Shown: piece by piece, positions 50,281 through 63,300 of the stretch
How positions within the stretch are numbered: the stretch's first letter is position 1
Layout of the letters: every line of letters begins with the position of its first letter
NCBI GenBank assembly: GCA_964187785.1
Contig: OZ076409.1
Location: forward strand, 40,488,001-40,552,000
DNA from: Amphiscolops sp. MND2022
Lineage: Eukaryota
DNA length: 64,000 bases
Direction: 5' to 3'
The notes under the pieces: generated by a model
Told to the model about the DNA's origin: nothing
Database searches by the model: none
The model's input: only the letters and a program-made list of their open reading frames with translations
Made by a program: the position numbers and the translations under genes

Positions 50281-51099
50281 CATTACAGTGCACAGGCAAG
50301 CTATTTTGCTGCATTTCGTGGAATCCGGGACACGAAAATTGAGAAAACTCGTGGAATCCAGGACAAAATTTCTCTTTGATGTTAAGCGTGCCTTGGATTC
50401 CACAATAGTGCTTGTCCTGGATTCCACGCCAATACGGCTGCTATAATGACGCTTTTGCCGCTGCTCTCTGAATGGTCCGCTGATTTTGAGTAATCATTAT
50501 TGGCAAGGCAAAAGAACTTTTAATTTAATTCAATTTTATATCAAAGGAAATTGTTTTGATTGACACGAAAAATCCCAAAGTACGAATAGAGATACTCATG
50601 ACTGGTACCAAATTTGCAGCATGTCATCAAAAAATGGCAGACTGTGATGATCTGGCAGTTTGTTCAAAACTTGTACTAAACTGAAAAATACGAATATTTG
50701 TGTAATACTGGTGTGTTAGTCTGAATCAGTTTGAATTAATTTACGAAAAGTAGTGCATAATATTGTTTGTTCAGTCTTCCACTTGAGTTAATTCAAGAAG
50801 AGATGCCGCGTATCACGTAAAGAATAAAGTCGTGGAATCCAGGCAATTTGTGATTTCTGCAATCTGATTGGTTCATTTTGCAAAACTTACGTTTTTGTGG
50901 AATCCGGGACACCGCTGCATGCCGACAGTGCGTACAGCTAAGCATTTGTTACTGGAATCCACGACGAAATCCGTGGAATCCGGGACATATGACGTAATTT
51001 GCCAATTTTGCACGGTTAAAGGTATGGTCGTGGAATCCGAGGTATTGAAAGCACAAAGTTGCGCTTTGAGCAAATTATGCTTGCCTGTGCACTCTAATG
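50281..51099. mobile_element. TIR element with dispersed GTGGAATCC subterminal motifs (duplicate at 55751-56569)
   Basis: CATTACAGTGCACAGGCAAGC ... GCTTGCCTGTGCACTCTAATG inverted ends; multiple GTGGAATCC/GGATTCCAC copies. Confidence 0.75.
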
Positions 51100-52265
51100 C
51101 TTAATGACGACTGATTGTCTCAGTCATGATTATATGAATGTTTAGTTATAGCGATGTTGGAAAGTATCACAATGGACGTGATTGTATTTGACGACTGTTA
51201 GTCTCAGTCGTCCTTTCATGTAGTAAGTTAAAATGTTGGTTGAAACACTACACAATATATACTTGACGACTGGTATCTTCAGTCGTTGTCTGTATTACGG
51301 CACTGTTGACTTACTTGTCATATACTTGACATCCTTGCTCAGGCATGACAGCATCCTAAAATTGGCGGCAATTCTGAGCCGCGAAGTTTTACAGTTTTCA
51401 TAAAGACGCCGTTCTAATTTTGAAAGCAGCTGAGACCTTCGTCAATTTTACCGCGGTTTCAATGCAAAATTTTTTCAGTCATATTATAAGTTTCAAAGTA
51501 GCGTCATATTCAGCGTGCTTTTGACTAACAATGTTTACATGAGGTACTTACTTGAGCAATTTACGCGTGAAAACAAAGTGATCGCGGCGGTGAAAAAGTG
51601 GAATTATTTTCAGTTTTAATTCATATAGTGGAGGCTGCATTGTAATTTTACAAAATGTTTCCATGCAGGCTCCCTGAATTTTCCATACTTTGTAAAAAGT
51701 TAACCTGCATGTTTCCATGCAGCATGTAAAAAGTTCAAGCAATCTTGATTAGGGTAATAGCTTTTAGCTGCCAGTTTTTGATTTTTAAGTGTTTTGTTTT
51801 TCTTAGGAAAAGGAAAAGTGTTTTGTCGCCAAGTATCAAAATTTGAAAGGAGACCCTTTGGAGAAACAAAATTTGTTTCGACAAAGAGTCTCTGCCGAAA
51901 AAGCCTGAAAAGGAGGATCCTTTAGTCTCGCCTGGCATTGTACATTTAAAAAGAAAACATAAAAGGGGGACTTTTTGCACTAACTTCAATTCTTGTCTGG
52001 TATATTACACAAACGGGTAACAATTTTTGCATTGATTTAACACGAAAGTACAAATAATTTTTTTCTGAATTGAATGAAATTATTTCTCAAGTTCTCCACT
52101 AGACGCCTTCGCGAGTTGAAGATGATCTATAATCTCCTGGCATTCGTTATGGAAAGCAGTTTTGGGGCCAAAAACGATTGTGGTTGTTAAAATTCAAATA
52201 GTTATGTAAGACAGTGTAACTTCAAATAGAACTTTTGAGTCTAGCTTCAAAACTCTTCAAGATTG

Positions 52266-52680
52266 TGTCTCAGGCGGCCGCCTGCGATGGTAACTGGTAC
52301 ACGGTCGCATATGGTTTTTGCAGGGCCCTACCCGGAACAATTCCACTAGATTGAGGAAATACAAGCAGTTGGGCCAAGAAGTCCAAGGCAGAAATAATTA
52401 AAACTTTTACGATAAAACTGTTTTGTATTACTGGTTTGTGTTATTATAGCATGTAATTGCATACAGTTAGTAGCTATATTACTTGTTAGTTATATTTTAA
52501 AACATGTAAATATAATAAGATGTGCTGTGAATTGGACACCAAGGCGTACAGGTAGAGGAAACGCGATTAGAGTGTTTCCTCTCCTGTCGCTGTGGACAAG
52601 CAGTCCAAATTAAATTCAACCAATCACATTTCAGCATTCAACTGAGCACTCTAATACAGCGTTATTATTATTAGTGGACA
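52266..52680 (+). repeat. Candidate 5' LTR of element E (duplicate at 57673-58066)
   Basis: TGTC...GACA ends followed after 3 nt by TGG (TGGCCACGCGCCG), ~580 bp upstream of gag; no 3' LTR in the window to confirm. Confidence 0.45.
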
Positions 52681-53260
52681 TTATGGCCACGCGCCGTTCA
52701 TTCTCAAATACTGATATACTTGCTAAGGCGATGGAAAACTGAGTACAATTTGACTGGTGCTTTCATGATTGTAGTAATAGACCTAATTTGAAGAATAGAG
52801 CTGCGTACAATTACATTCTTACAATAAAAGGTGCTATATCTGATGCCCCCTTCTTGGCTCAAAGGTCGTATTTGGCCAAAGTCTAAATTCACCTGTCTAA
52901 ATTATGTGCGAGTGTGATCGAAACATGTAATTATTACATGAATGGTACATGCAGTGTTGCCTTCATTGTCATTAAAGTGCAGTTGTCCCTTAAGGACGAA
53001 CGAGGCGGTGTAACGCCTTTGATGTGGCCAATAGGTCATTACGTCATGTAACCCGCAAATAGGTGATGCTATTTTTAGATTAGTATTTATCTATTTTTAG
53101 AACATGACTGTTAATTTTTCGATAGTCATGCAATCTATCATATATACCCGGGACTCTTGGACCGGGGACACAATTTGATAATATATGCAGCCTATCAATT
53201 GGTTTTATTCTGTTTGCAAGCCTAAAGATAATTAATTCTTACCTCTTGCAATTGTCTCTT

Positions 53261-55146
53261 ATGCCTTCTACAAGGAAACAAAAGGTGAAAGCTAGAAAGT
53301 CAAGGGAAATGGACATGATGTCTGACTTTGAAAATATGAACGTAATGATAGGAAATGAAAACACTAATCCTATTGAACGCGAACTTTCAAATATGATCGG
53401 AAATGGGGTAAATGATCAAGACATTGAGTCCAATCCCCAATCTTCGAGGTATGAAACACACGAAAATGAACTTGGGCATTATGCTCATGAAGATGCAATT
53501 CCTAGGCAAGACAGGGTTCAACAGACGCTGGAAACCTTTACTAGCGAATTCAACAAGAGACTTTCGCAAAAAATGGATTCAATGATGTCATTAATGCATA
53601 GTAAGACAAACAGGGCGATTAGTGCAGCGATAATTGAGAGTAATTGCAGAGATTCAAAATATAGTGAGTTCGATTTCTTCCTCAGGGAATCGCAACACTG
53701 AGGCCAGTTCGTCCCCCAATAGCCCGGAAAACGCTGAAATGAACAATGGATTTAGAAACAAAATTGCGAAAAAGGACTCACAGTCTACTGGTGACCTTAG
53801 AACACCTAGAGACAGCAGTCCTTACATGGTGACAGGAGCTACCGACACCCAACGGCAAATTCCTGAAATCCTGTCCGGACGAATCCACTCACACCCGAAA
53901 CTTGAGAGACAAGAATCCAGCCATAATGTCTCTTTGGACACTACTCTACCTGCCCCAGAGCCTGAGGTGCCACAACACCCCAGGACCCGATAAATAGATT
54001 GGCTGATGTGCTGGTCAATCTCCAGATCAAACCACACTCGATGACAATTAGACCAGTTACAACCACCCCCATGACATTTGATGGCAAAAGCGAGAAATTT
54101 GAACTCTTTGAGGACTTGTTCCATACAATGATAAAGATGCAACCCGTAATGACCGAGCAATTGAAAATTAATCATTTTCACTCCTTGCTCCGGAAAAGGG
54201 CACTGCAAACATTCAGGAACATAAACACCATCAACCGTCAAACACTTGAAGACGTCCTGGTCATATTCCGACGCAAATATGTAAAACCAGAATCGCAGGC
54301 AACAGCCAAATACAAATGACACAGACTCATTTTTGACCCTAATACGATGAAATTGCCTAACTTTTTGGAGGAGCTGAACCAAGGTGCCGAGAGTGCCTTT
54401 GGTGGAAATGCCAAAAGCATGATTGACAGTTTGCTCTATGCCAAATTACCACCAAAGCTAAAGCGATCTGTCAACATGGCCCGTCTAGAGAATAGGACAT
54501 ATGAAGAAATTGTAGCTCATCTTGAAAGAAAGCTCGAACTCAATGCATTGGAGGAATTGGATGACCTACCAATCGCCACAAGGGCCTCAGCGTCCACAAG
54601 TAGCCGCACCTTACTGTCCACTGGCATTGACACCAGCAAAGAAGCACAATGCGCCTACTGCAAGGCAAATGGCCATTTTTACAACAATTGTCCAAAGTTG
54701 AAAAAGGAAAAGGAATTAGAGGACAAGACTGGCAAGAAATCGCAGCGCCCAACATACCCACCATGTGATACATGCGGGAAAAATATCACCCGACGGAACG
54801 ATGTTGGCAAGGCGCTGGAGCGCATCTACGACCCAAGAGAAATCGCAATGATGACAAAAATAACGATGACTCAAAAGAGGATGAAAAACCCAAGAAGACA
54901 AAGAATAATAATGAAGTATCCTCCTCAGGACAATCCACTTCCAAAAAGCCCGAGTCAAAAAACTGATTTTACCACGACTCCAAATACATGACTATATGTC
55001 AGTACGACAATATGTCATATCAGATCCTCCAATAATAAACCTCCGACAATATGTTAAAGACACCAATGTCATTCCCTCCGTTGTCTGGCAGCAACAGATG
55101 GAAAAAGCCTACATCAAAACTTACAAAGCAGTACATAATGATCGCC
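53261..55146 (+). pseudogene. gag: Element E gag and start of pol, truncated copy (duplication unit 1)
   Basis: MPSTRKQK start; FDGKSEKFELFEDLF; CAYCKANGHFYNNC and CDTCGK..H...C knuckles; cut at the duplication junction. Confidence 0.9.
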
Positions 55147-58100
55147 AGTACATATATCTAAAGCCCATTGGAAATAATAGCAGTTTTTGAAACTTTTTTG
55201 TTTTTAGTATGTTTGAATGTTCGAAAACCTAAATTGAGTTCTGGGGTTAATATGACAAAGTTTGATTTTAAAAAGCTAGTTTTTTATTAAAACTTCTCAA
55301 GGAAACCTCCATGCATTCAACCTTCACTGATGCAATTTAAATTTATCAAGCTGCCTATAAAATGCATCCTAAATTTGGCGGCAATTCTGCGCCGCAAAGT
55401 TTTGCAGGTTTTATTAGGACGCCGCTCTAATTTTGAAAGCAGCTGAGACCTTCATCACTTTAACCGCAGTTTCAATTCAAATTTTTTTGAGTCACATTAT
55501 AAGTTTCAAAGTAGCGTCATATTCAGCGTGGTATTTGACTAATGGTGTTCGTTAATTCACCGATTTGACGACTCATGTCAGAGAACCTTCGTTCTAAATT
55601 AATGTGTTCGACATCGTTATTTCTGTTTAGTAAGTCACCTTCGTCAAATTCAACCATTTGGGCCCAAGAGAGTACGCTGGGCACGCCACAGGTTATTCCA
55701 GTAATCTTTTGCATGTAAATCTAAATGGATAAACTAATGTGCATCGGACTCATTACAGTGCACAGGCAAGCTATTTTGCTGCTTTTCGTGGAATCCGGGA
55801 CACGAAAATGGAGAAAACTCGTGGAATCCAGGACAAAATTTCTCTTTGATGTTAAGCTTGCCTTGGATTCCACAACAGTGCTTGTCCTGGATTCCACGCC
55901 AATACTGTTGCTATAATGACGCTTTTGCCGCTGCTCTCTGATTGGGCCGCTGATTTTGAGTAATCATTATTGGCAAGGCAAAAGAACTTTTAATTTAATT
56001 CAATTTTATATCAAAGGAAATTGTTTTGATTGACACGAAAAATCCCAAAGTACGAATAGAGATACTCAAGACTGGTACCAAATTTGCAGCATGTCATCAA
56101 AGAATGGCAGACTGTGATGATCTGGCAGTTTGTTCAAAACTTGTACTAAACTGAAAAATACGAATATTTGTGTAATACTGGTGTGTTAGTCTGAATCTGT
56201 TTGAGTTAATATACGAAAAGTAGTGCATAATATTGTTTGTTCAGTCGTCCACTTGAAATTAATTCAAGAAGAGATGCTGCGTATCGCGTCAAGAATAAAG
56301 TCGTGGAATCCAGGAACCTTGTGATTTCTGCAATCTGATTGTTTCATTTGCAAAACTTACGTTTTTGTGGAATCCGGGACACCGCTGCATGTCGACAGTG
56401 CGTACAGCTAAGCATTTGTTACTGGAATACACGACAAAATCCGTGGAATCCGGGACATATGACGTAATTTGCCAATTTTGCACGGATAAAGGTATGGTCG
56501 TGGAAACCGAGGTATTGAAAGCACAAAGTTGCGCTTTGAGCAACTTAAGCTTGCCTGTGCACTCTAATGCTTAATGACGACTGATTGTCTCAGTCATGAT
56601 TATATGAATGTTTAGTTATAGCGAGGTTGGAAAATATCACAAAGGACGTGATTGTATTTGACGACTGTTAGTCTCAGTCGTACTTTCATGTAGTAAGTTA
56701 AATTGATGGTTGAAACAATACACAATAAATACTTGACATCCTTGCTCAGGCATGACAGCATCCTAAAATTGGCGGCAATTTTGAGCCGCGAAGTTTTACA
56801 GTTTTCATAAAGACGCCGTTCTAATTTTGAAAGCAGCTGAGACCTTCGTCAATTTTACCGCGGTTTCAATGCAAAAATTTTTCAGTCGTATTATAAGTTT
56901 CAAAGTAGCGTCATATTCAGCGTGCTTTTGACTAACGATGTTTACATGAGGTACTTACTTGAGCAATTTACGCGTGAAAACAAAGTGATCGCGGCGGTGA
57001 AGAAGTGGAATTATTTTCAGTTTTAATTCATATAGTGGAGGCTGCATTGTAATTTTACAAAATGTTTCCATGCAGGCTCCCTGAATTTTCCATACTTTGA
57101 GAAAAGTTAACCTGCATGTTTCCATGCAGCATGTAAAACGTTCAAGCAATCTTGATTAGGGTAATAGCTTTTAGCTGCCAGTTTTTGATTTTTAAGTGTT
57201 TTGTTTTTCTAAAGAAAAAGAAAAGTGTTTTGTCGCCAAGTATCAAAATTTGAAAGGAGACCCTTTGGAGAAACAAAATTTGTTTCGACAAAGAGTCTCT
57301 GCCGAAAAAGCCTGAAAAGGAGGATCCTTTAGTCTCGCCTGGCATTGTACATTTAAAAAGAAAACATAAAAGGGGGACTTTTTGCACTAACTTCTATTCT
57401 TGTCTGGTATATTGCACAGGGGGGTAACAATTTTTGCATTGATTTAACACGAAAGTACAAATAATTTTTTTCTGAATTGAATGAAACTATTTCTCAAGTT
57501 CTCCACTAGACGCCTTCGCGAGTTGAAGATGATCTACAATCTCCTGGCATTCGTTATGGAAAGCAGTTTTGGGGCCAAAAACGCTTGTGGTTGTTAAAAT
57601 TCAAATAGTTATGTAAGACAGTGTAACTTCAAATAGAACTTTTGAGTCTAGCTTCAAAACTCTTCAAGATTGTGTCTCAGGCGGCCGCCTGCGATGGTAA
57701 CTGGTACACGGTCGCATATGGTTTTTGCAGGGCCCTACCTGGAACAATTCCACTAGATTGAGGAAATACAAGCAGTTGGGCCAAGAAGTCCAAGGCAGAA
57801 ATAATTAAAACTTTTACGATAAAACTGTTTTGTATTACTGGTTTGTGTTATTATAGCATGTAATTGCATACAGTTAGTAGCTATATTACTTGTTAGTTAT
57901 ATTTTAAAACATGTAAATATAATAAGATGTGCTGTGAATTGTGGTGAAACGTTCAGAGTGTTCCCTCTCCTGTCGCTGTGGACAAGCAGTCCAAATTAAA
58001 TTCAACCAAACACATTTCAGCATTCAACTGAGCACTCTAATACAGCGTTGTTATTATTAGTGGACATTATGGCCACGCGCCGTTCATTCTCAAATAATGA

Positions 58101-58648
58101 TATACTTGCTAAGGCGATGGGACACTGAGTCCAATTTGACTTGTGCTTTCATGATTGTAGTAATGGACTTAATTTGAAGAATAGAGCTGCGTACAATTAC
58201 ATTCTTACAAATAAAGGTGCTATATCTGATGCCCCCTTCTTGGCTCAAAGGTCGAATTCGGCCAACGTCTAAATTCACCTGTCTAAATTATGTGCGAGTG
58301 TGATCGAAACATGTAATTATTACATGAATGTTACATGCAGTGTTGCCTTCATTGTCATTAAAGTGCAGTTGTTCCTTAAGAACGAACGAGGCGGTGTAAC
58401 GCCTTTGTTGTGGCCAATAGGTCATTACGTCATGTAACCCGCAAATAGGTGATGCTATTTTTAGATTAGTATTTATCTTTTTTTAGAACATGACAGTTAA
58501 TTTTTCGATAGTCATGCAGTCTATCATATATATTCCCGGGACTCTTGGACCGGGGACACAATTTGATAACATATGCAGCCTATCAATTGGTTTTATTCTG
58601 TTTGCAAGCCTAAAGATAATTATTTCTTACCTCTTGCAACTGTCTCTT

Positions 58649-60366
58649 ATGCCTTCTACAAGGAAACAAAAGGTGAAAGCTAGAAAGTCAAGGGAAATGG
58701 ACATGATGTCTGACTTTGAAAATATGGACGTAATGATAGGAAATGAAAACACTAATCCTATTGAACGCGAACTTTCAAATAAGATCGGAAACGGGGTAAA
58801 TGATCAAGACATTGAGTCCAATCCCCAATCTTCGAGGTATGAAACACACGAAAATGAACTTGGGCATTATGCTCATGAAAATGCAATTCCTAGGCAAGAC
58901 AGGGTTCAACAGACGCTGGAAACCTTTACTAGCGAATTCAACAAGAGACTTTCGCAAAAAATGGATTCAATGATGTCATTAATGCATAGTAAGACAAACA
59001 GGGCGAAAAGTGCAGCGATAATTGAGAGTAATTGCAGAGATTCAAAATATAGTGAGTTCGATTTCATCCTCAGGGAATCGCAACACTGAGGCCAGTTCGT
59101 CCCCCAATAGCCCGGAAAACGCTGGAATGAACAATGGATTTAGAAACAAAATTGCGAAAAAGGACTCACAGTCTACTGGTGACCTTAGAACACCTAGAGA
59201 CAGCAGTCCTTACATGGTGACAGGAGCTACCGACACCCAACGGCAAATTCCTGAATTCCTGTCCGGACGAATCCACTCACACCCGAAACTTGAGAGACAA
59301 GAATCCAGCCATAATGTCTCTTTGGACACTACTCTACCTGCCCCAGAGCCTGAGGTGCCACAACACCCCAGGACCCGATAAATAGATTGGCTCATGTGCT
59401 GGTTAATCTCCAGAACAAACCACACTCGATAACAATTAGACCAGTTACAACCACCCCCATGACATTTGATGGCAAAAGCGAGAAATTTGAACTCTTTGAG
59501 GACTTGTTCCATACAATGATAAAAATGCAACCCGTAATGACCGAGCAATTGAAAATTAATCATTTTCACTCCTTGCTCCGGAAAAGGGCACTGCAAACAC
59601 TCAGGAACATAAACACCATCAACCGTCAAACACTTGAATTCATATTCATATCAAAAACCGTCATATTCCGACGCAAATATGTAAAACCAGAATCGCAGGC
59701 AACAGCCAAACACAAATGGCACAGTCTCATTTTTGACCCTAATACGATGAAATTGCCTGACTTTTTGGAGGAGCTGAACCAAGGTGCCGAGAACGCCTTT
59801 GGTGGAAATGCTAAAAGGATGATTGACAGTTTGCTCTATGCCAAATTACCACCAAAGCTAAAGCGATCTGTCAACATGGTCCGTCTAGAGAATGGGACAT
59901 ATGAAGAAATTGTAGCTCATCTTGAAAGAGAGCTCGAACTCAATGCATTGGAGGAATTGGATGACCTACCAATCGCCACAAGGGCCTCAGCGTCCACAAG
60001 TAGCCGCAGCTTACTGTCCACTGGCATTGACACCAGCAAGGAAGCACAATGCGCCTACTGCAAGGCAAATGGCCATTTTTACAACAATTGTCCAAAGTTG
60101 AAAAAGAAAAAGGAATTAGAGGACAAGACTGGCAAGAAATCGCAGCGCCCAACATACCCACCGTGTGATACATGCGGGAAAAAAATCACCCGACGGAACG
60201 ATGTTGGCAAGGCGCTGGAGCGCATCTACGACCCAAGAGAAATTGCAATGATGACAAAAATCACGATGACTCAAAAGAGGATGAAAAACCCAAGAAGACA
60301 AATAATAATAATGAAGTATCCTCCTCAGGCCAATCCACTTCCAAAAAGCCCGAGTCAAAAAACTGA
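58649..60366 (+). pseudogene. gag: Element E gag (duplication unit 2), frameshifted
   Basis: ORF fragments 58649-59089, 59022-59381, 59387-60391 and 60172-60366; two Zn knuckles. Confidence 0.9.
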
Positions 60367-60395
60367 TTTTGCCACGACTCTAAATACATGACTAT

Positions 60396-63300
60396 ATGTC
60401 AGTACGACAATATGTCATATCAGATCCTCCAATAATAAACCTCCGAAAATATGTTAAAGACACCAATGGCATCCCCTCCGTTGTCTGGCAGCAACAGATG
60501 GAAAAAGGCTACATCAAAACTTACAAAGCAGTACATATTGATCGCCCACGCCGATACTACGACATGGACTACACTAAAAACATTGAGACGCAATTCCGAC
60601 CTTTACCATTACTCGAAGATTACAACCCTCAATACATAGACCCCGACTATGGAATAGACCCGTATTGGGATGATGAATTATACGATAAACAAAATCTACA
60701 ATTTAGAGGTGACGACTATCCTACAACGGATGACTAAGAATAATATCCTGAAAAACGGGACAACAAACCACCTCAAGCCCTCATTGAGCTTTGGCAAACA
60801 AACTCCGAAGCAATATTCTCGGAAATTGAGGAATCATACCATCAAGAAGACCCCCAGGGCCATTCTAGCTTTTTGGATGAAACAGCCTTCTTGCACCTTC
60901 TAGTTGAAAAGGAGGGAGAACCATCTAACCTTCCCCTTTCAACAAACTTTGGACTCAAATTTAAAAGACGGATGCTGTATATCCCAATGGATTTTAGGGA
61001 GCTAACCTTAGACGGCCTAATAGATACTGGGGCCCACTCCAGTGCAATACCAGAAGCAGATCTCCGGAAAATAAGCTTATTGGCGCCTCAATCCATAGTA
61101 AAGGAGGGACCTGCTCCATCTTTTCAAATAATGGTCGCAAATGGGGATTTAGAAATCCCGAAAAGTACCGTCTAGCCAAAGTTGGAAATCGGAGACAAGA
61201 GTTCCATGAAATTTTTATAGTAATGGAAAAATTGTCTAGGCCCAAAATTGGACTGTTGTTCCTTTAAAGAAACCACACAGTCCTGGAAATGCGCCACGGT
61301 ATTTTAAACTTTCCCTATTTCTCAAGGCAACTCAAAACGGCTGACCATAAATACTCAAATGTATTGGAACCTATCCTCAACCCCGAGGATGTCACAATGT
61401 CGCCAAATGACCATGCAGTCATACCCATTCAATCTCAAATATACGCAGAAAAAGCAGTTACGGGCGTACTACAACCCAGTTACCTTCTGCATGAAGAAGG
61501 CGACATAACCTTTTGTGCCGCTATTGTCACACTACATGAAGGGGCTATGACGATACACGTTAACAATTTCACCGATCAGCCCTACAAACTCAAGAAAGGG
61601 ATGCCTATTGGCAATTTCTCAGTAATGACTCCTGAGAAGATGAAACATGTCAGGCCAATAGACTCAGTGTCCACCTGGCATTTACTCAATGAAAATGAGG
61701 AGGATGCAATTTACTACATTAGTAGTCTGCTTAAAACCAATAGAAATAATGACCAATACGAATAATATTGGCTCCCAACACCTGAAAATCCAGGGGATGA
61801 AACGACCCATACCCCAATGCAACAAAGAATCCTCAGAGAATTAGGAAACTTGCAAGATTTAGAACAACTCAATCGCATGACGATGCAGAATCCGCCGGAA
61901 ATTCCTCAGCAATTTTGACTGGAAAGACTCAATGCTACAAGCATGAGATCAGACAAATAGAAACTCTTTTAGTAGAATTCCATGATATTTTCGCGCGCCA
62001 TAGATTTGACATTGGCGTCAACGAAGAATTTACAGTCAAATTGACCCCAAAGGACGAATCACCTGCTTACAGTCAGAGCCTACCTACTCCGGTCCACCTC
62101 AAAGAGGACATATTGGTCGAGCTGGCGTTACTTCACAAATATGGTATTATAACGACATTACCATTCTCAAAGTACGCCAGCCCAATATTTGCGCAGAAAA
62201 AACCCAATGGAAAACTGAGACTGTTGGTGGATTTGAGAAAAATTAATAATCTGATCTCAGATGATTACGTCAATAACAACCACCCAGTCAGCACCTTGGC
62301 GGACGCTGCGGAACACATGCCCGGCAAAAAACTTTTTTGTAAACTCGACTGTTCACAAGCTTACCATTGTCTCCCCATGGCAGACCAGAAATCCATTGAA
62401 ATGCTAGCCTTTAACTTCGCCAGCAGGACATTTGCCGACAGGAGATTAGCTCAATGACTCAGCCGAGTCCTATCGGCCTTCTCCAGTTTCATGAGAGAAT
62501 ATATGGATCGTGTTATAAAAGCCGACCAATGCGCTCAATATGTAGACGATATCGGCGTTGCGGCAACAGATGCCAGCCAACTCATCGCCAACTTAAGAGC
62601 AACATTCCAATGCATTAGAGAAGCGGGATTGAAACTATCCATGCACAAATGCCATTTTGGGGCCACTGAAATCAATTTCCTTGAGAGTACAATTACCCCT
62701 GAAGGGGTCAAACCACAAAAGGAAAGAATTACCAATTTCTTGGAAAAAACGAAATTTCCGAAGTCCAAGAAGGCCATGCAACCTTATCATGGCTCCTCAA
62801 TTACTACAGGAACTACATACCGAGATTATCCGAAAAATTAGTTCCATTCTTCCAATTCCTCAAAAAAGACGAAAAGGTCCTAGTAACAACAGAACTAGTA
62901 GAACAATTCAATGAGATCAACAGGGACGTAGACAGGTGTAGTCAATTAGCACAGAAACAACCCTTACCAATCAAACAATTGGCCCTTATGACCGACGCAA
63001 GTTTTCCGGCCGCCGGTCACGCCATACTGACCGAAGACGACCCAAATCAGAAATTCACGTCCGTCAAAAAATCCTATGCGCCAATAGCAAATGGATCAAA
63101 AACACTCCTTCTCAGCTCAAAATGTCAATATATGCAAGGAATTCCTAGCAATATATTATGCGTTCAGGGAGTTCGGACACATCTTCTGGGAACACCTAAA
63201 CCAGTAATCATCCTCACCGATTATAAATTGGTCACAAGGTTCTTCCAGACAAAGATAATACCAGCGCCACTCTGGAACGCATGTGACTTTGTGATCCAAT

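Larger units (their letters stand above)
44574..60546 (+). repeat. Tandem duplication of ~5.4 kb: unit 1 = ~44574-55146 (interrupted by element D), unit 2 = ~55152-60546
   Basis: Colinear high identity between the units, with paired ORFs (53634/59022, 51548/56955, 50255/55725); junction at 55146-55152. Confidence 0.93.

Noticed and set aside
50318..51045. GTGGAATCC repeats with variable spacing as a CRISPR or iteron array
   Set aside because: Short motifs, irregular spacing, both orientations, inside a TIR element; these are subterminal repeats.
44574..60546. Duplication as a pure assembly artefact
   Set aside because: The units differ by many substitutions, indels and a 5-kb insertion, and the junction has a templated scar; not fully excluded without reads.
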